A stretch of 33,249 nt of DNA from Stramenopiles sp. TOSAG23-2 (taxonomy: Eukaryota): assembly GCA_900128395.1 (NCBI GenBank), contig LT649359.1:1-33249 (forward strand), written 5' to 3'. The translations under genes were made by a program, and so were the position numbers. The notes under the pieces were generated by a model. It was not told the origin of the DNA, ran no database searches, and saw nothing but the letters and a program-made list of their open reading frames with translations. Positions 29,506-33,249 of this stretch are shown here, one piece after another. The first letter of the stretch is position 1, and every line of letters begins with the position of its first letter.

Positions 29506-30058
29506 AAAGATATGCATGTTGTCGAGATCGTCGTCGTATATACGCGTGTATGTGTATAATATATGTATATCATGAGAGTGTAATAATGAATGGAGGCGTG
29601 AAACACGCTTGTGCGCGCGTGTTTGTAAATATATTATTTTAAATATCATATATTATACGGCTTCGTAAAAATATAAATTTAATAAAAACTAATTAAAATA
29701 TGATGTTCATAAATAATCTAATGATATATATATATATATTATATATATATACGAGTCCTATATATAATACGAGTAGTATATATTTTTAGTACAGGGAGTC
29801 TATAAAATCTCAAATTATCTTATTTTTATATATTAAAATGACTGACAAAAACAAAAGAATTTTTTTTTATTTTTTACGACGCACCACACATATCATTACA
29901 TGCCACCTGGCATGCAATACTTATAGATGCGTATAAAAAGTACTTTTTTACGACACGTTTACATATATCACATACGAAGCGTACGAACACATAAAGGAAT
30001 TGCACACATAAAAATTATACGAAGGGTAATATATTTTGTCTCTCTCAAATACCCCTCT

Positions 30059-33000
30059 CTATTTTATATTTCCTCCACCTTTACCATGTATACCTTCTGA
30101 CAATACTGATGTTATCGTACGATCACCAGTTTGTTTATCCAATGGATTGATTGGTACACGAGTAACATCGTCTAACATATTTTGTAAAGCTTCTGCTGCA
30201 ACTTGGTTTACTTCTTCAACCGCTTTTTCTCCCAACGTAGCCATAATCTTCTCCGTCATTGCATTGTTATGTATTTCTTGATTTGCTAATACAATCAATA
30301 AATCACGATGTTCTAAATATAATTTTTTATAATTCATTTCATAATCTTCAATTATAAGCTCTTGGACAGTAGCATTTTCTAAGTTATCCGAAACTGCTTT
30401 CTCTTGTTTTAAACTCTCTTTAAATTCATCCTTTGCAGTTTGCAATTCTAACTTTGCAATTTCAGAATGTAAACGCAAAATTTCCATGGTAGCAAATGCT
30501 AATTCATCGTTTTGCACGGATATGTCAACAGTGTCATCTTTCTTTTCGACGCGCTCCGCAGCTGTTAGTCGTATGGTTCTTTCAAGGGTTTTTATCATTT
30601 CATCTTTCGAATTGCATTCTTCCAACAATGTATTTATTTTTATATTGGTATCTTGATCAATAACAATATCGTTGTTATCATTGTCATTGTTGTTGTTGTT
30701 ATCATCATGTGAATCAATATTACTTTCCTTTGTCACATTATTCTCCGAAACTGCGGCTGTACTTGCTTTTATCGTCGTATTGCTATCGATCGTAATCTTA
30801 CTACTATTATCCTTATTACTAACAGCTTCACCAGGCAATGTACCAGGAGAAAAGATTACATGAGATTGGATATCTGATAAAGTCACATCAGAACCTTGAA
30901 CTACTATGGTTTCATCCACGTTATCTTCTTTATTCTTCTCATCATCGTTCTTATTTCCTTTTTCTTTTTTTAATTGATAAACTTGTTTTTTTAATTTTTC
31001 AATTTCCTTATCTTGAACACGAATCATTTCTTTATATTGTTCCAATACGTTCGCAAGTGCCTGAACATCTGCTTTTACTTTTTCTGGGTCATTCTTATTC
31101 TCTTCACCAGGTTTGCTTTTTCTAGGCGTTTTCGGTTCCGTAAATGCTAATATTAATTGACGACGTGCACTTTCTTGTATACCTTGTGCAAATGTACGAA
31201 AACTATAGTCAAATAAATTTGACTTTTCCCATTCATGTTTGGTTTGATTCTTCATGGCATTACTGCGGCTTGCACTTTTATTGTTACGTTTATATGTTTC
31301 ACTAGTAGCAGATTTAATTGCATTTGTCTGCATCAAGCTAGCGAGTAAATCTGAAAATCTTTCTAAACCAACGCCATTGCGTATTAATTTCATGACATCC
31401 GAATCAAATTCATCGCCTTTATTTGTACTAGTGCTGCCATTATTATTTGTATCATCATTTCCACTAACTGTGCACTCTAAACTGACCGCTAATAACAATG
31501 CTCCTAAACCACGCCTTATACGTTGATCTTCATTCACTCCACCCTTTAAGTCTAACAATGTAAATATCGCTTTTAAATTGGATGGTGATCCAAGGACAGA
31601 GCTAACAGCAGCTTCCGATTTATTCAATAAAATACATATAAAACGTAATATCGAGACTTGAAAATGTAAAGAAATGGATTTGTGAATTTTATTACTACTG
31701 TTGCTATCGCTATTAATCAATGAAGAGGAAAGTGCGCGCATTAAATATCCGGGCAAAAATAATAGCGTCCCTGCATCTACCGCTGCACTATCTTTCTCCA
31801 AGACTACTGGTACGCGTAACAACAATTCTTTACACGCAGGATCATATGAACATAAATTTTCAAGAATACGACATGATTGCCAAAATTGAGATAATATCTG
31901 ATTGTACCGTTCTGTACCTTGTTCCAATTCTTGTACTGCATCGACAAGGGTTTGAACAAGGATACTTCCAGCAACTGGTGCACGAGGCAACCCACCAATA
32001 GTATCTACCGGAGGTGGTGTAATAGCATGTCCAATGATAGATATTTGTCCTCCTTCATTGTCTTGCAAATAACATGCAATCGCATAAATAGCTGCCTCAC
32101 GTATTTGTCTTGATTTGTTTTTCAATGCTAAGGAAAATAATAATGCAACACCACCAACTTGCGTGATTACATTTTTTCGATTTGTTTGTTTGCTTTCAAA
32201 TGGAATGACTAAATCAGTTACTAACAAGGCATCTTGCGCAGCTTTATTTGCACACAATAAATTTCCTAATTCCAACATGGCCCTTTCACCAAGCATTTCC
32301 AACCTTGAATTATTGTTATTGTTGTTGTTACTATCTACGGTATCCATGTTATTATTATTATCGATTTTTGTACATGCAACTGATAAAAGCGATTTAATAA
32401 CAGAACTTGATTTTATAATTTCTTTTCGAATGGCATTTGATTGTTGTACATACCTCATGATACGAATATCTACTACACTTTTTTGGGTTTGTGGGTTTAA
32501 TAATGCAACTGTTTTTACAGCTTTTAATGCTGGAATAATCTGTTTTTGCTTCATTCCACTTTCACCACCGATATCACAACGTAATAATTGACTAAGTATT
32601 TCCAATCCCATCTCACAACGTCGAAATTCATTAGCAGAAATATTATTGTCCGTGCTGCTATTAGGTCCCATGCTAGTAGCATTCTTATTATTTGGATCAA
32701 CAACATTATCAGCACCAGGTTTCGGTGGGCTACATAAATGTTCTAATTCTCGTACACATGATGTTTGTGCAAATAATTTCTTTGTCAACTCGGAACCATC
32801 TAATATATTTATAACAACAGTTAAACAATCTAATGCAACTACACTATTTGATTTTTCTCGTTTCACGATTTGAAATAAACGTTCAAATCCTTCTTGAAAA
32901 GCAACGAATTCTTTGATACGATCGTTTTCACGGGTCAATCTTTGAAGTAACAATAACATATCATTGCGCACTTTTTCATGGACATTTTCACTAGTTAAAA

Positions 33001-33249
33001 CATCCATTAAACGCATCATACCAGCACTGCAACGTAATATTGTATCTTCTAATTTTTCCTTTCTATTTTCATGCAAAGTATTTAATAATTGTATTCCATT
33101 CAGTTTCACCCACATTTCAGCACGTTCCAGCAAATTTAAGACATTGCTTACATTGTCAACGGTTTTTAAAAAGGTATCTGATCGTTGCAATGCGGCTTGC
33201 TTTTGGTAATCGTCACTATTTTTTGATATACGACATACTGCATATATAA
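30059..33249 (-). CDS. USO1: General vesicular transport factor p115/Uso1 (5'-partial)
   Basis: Head-domain motifs WVKLNGIQLL, GMMRLMDVL..EKVRNDMLLLL..LT, IKEFVAFQEGFERLF.I and VVALDCL; C-terminal coiled coil with EHRDLLIVLA. The frame stays open to the window edge (IYAVCRISKNSDDYQKQAALQRS...), so the TTG at 33190 is probably not the true start. Confidence 0.88.
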   Translation of the reverse strand, partial: IYAVCRISKNSDDYQKQAALQRSDTFLKTVDNVSNVLNLLERAEMWVKLNGIQLLNTLHENRKEKLEDTILRCSAGMMRLMDVLTSENVHEKVRNDMLLLLQRLTRENDRIKEFVAFQEGFERLFQIVKREKSNSVVALDCLTVVINILDGSELTKKLFAQTSCVRELEHLCSPPKPGADNVVDPNNKNATSMGPNSSTDNNISANEFRRCEMGLEILSQLLRCDIGGESGMKQKQIIPALKAVKTVALLNPQTQKSVVDIRIMRYVQQSNAIRKEIIKSSSVIKSLLSVACTKIDNNNNMDTVDSNNNNNNNSRLEMLGERAMLELGNLLCANKAAQDALLVTDLVIPFESKQTNRKNVITQVGGVALLFSLALKNKSRQIREAAIYAIACYLQDNEGGQISIIGHAITPPPVDTIGGLPRAPVAGSILVQTLVDAVQELEQGTERYNQILSQFWQSCRILENLCSYDPACKELLLRVPVVLEKDSAAVDAGTLLFLPGYLMRALSSSLINSDSNSSNKIHKSISLHFQVSILRFICILLNKSEAAVSSVLGSPSNLKAIFTLLDLKGGVNEDQRIRRGLGALLLAVSLECTVSGNDDTNNNGSTSTNKGDEFDSDVMKLIRNGVGLERFSDLLASLMQTNAIKSATSETYKRNNKSASRSNAMKNQTKHEWEKSNLFDYSFRTFAQGIQESARRQLILAFTEPKTPRKSKPGEENKNDPEKVKADVQALANVLEQYKEMIRVQDKEIEKLKKQVYQLKKEKGNKNDDEKNKEDNVDETIVVQGSDVTLSDIQSHVIFSPGTLPGEAVSNKDNSSKITIDSNTTIKASTAAVSENNVTKESNIDSHDDNNNNNDNDNNDIVIDQDTNIKINTLLEECNSKDEMIKTLERTIRLTAAERVEKKDDTVDISVQNDELAFATMEILRLHSEIAKLELQTAKDEFKESLKQEKAVSDNLENATVQELIIEDYEMNYKKLYLEHRDLLIVLANQEIHNNAMTEKIMATLGEKAVEEVNQVAAEALQNMLDDVTRVPINPLDKQTGDRTITSVLSEGIHGKGGGNIK

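Noticed and set aside
31254-33249. Several plus-strand ORFs of 60-158 aa
   Set aside because: They are antisense to the well-supported USO1 reading frame.
1-33249. tRNA, rRNA or snRNA genes
   Set aside because: No cloverleaf/T-loop or rRNA-like segment was recognised by eye; tRNAscan-SE or Infernal would be needed to exclude small RNAs.

Overview
AT-rich, gene-dense eukaryotic DNA with long uninterrupted ORFs; no intron is needed to explain any gene, although one is possible. Axonemal genes (RSPH9, an outer-dynein-arm docking subunit) point to a flagellated protist. The window holds about 15 protein genes, mostly in alternating divergent/convergent pairs: isovaleryl-CoA dehydrogenase, a CLC chloride channel, an EcKL/APH-like kinase, a small Tudor-like protein, an M14 carboxypeptidase, a degenerate Rab-like GTPase, a MORN protein, a 1779-aa SET methyltransferase, an ODA-DC subunit, a UBA-PUB-UBX protein, a bacterial-type FAD oxidoreductase, a minimal Abi-like protein, a HAD phosphatase, RSPH9 and USO1/p115 (5'-partial). 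Four observations stand out. (1) The ankyrin/pre-SET/SET protein also carries a PHD finger, three Tudor-like domains and a duplicated C-terminal RAMA-like domain. (2) A ~470-bp foldback/MITE-like element at 7047-7515 contains a nested 13-bp inverted repeat and shows polarised CTGG>CTAG differences. (3) Intergenic DNA falls into two classes: TACG..CGTA palindromes downstream of genes, and 7-9-nt GC-containing tandem duplications in divergent spacers. (4) A truncated secreted-protein gene collides with the Tudor-like ORF at about 8430. All family calls come from motif recognition by eye; no database searches were run.
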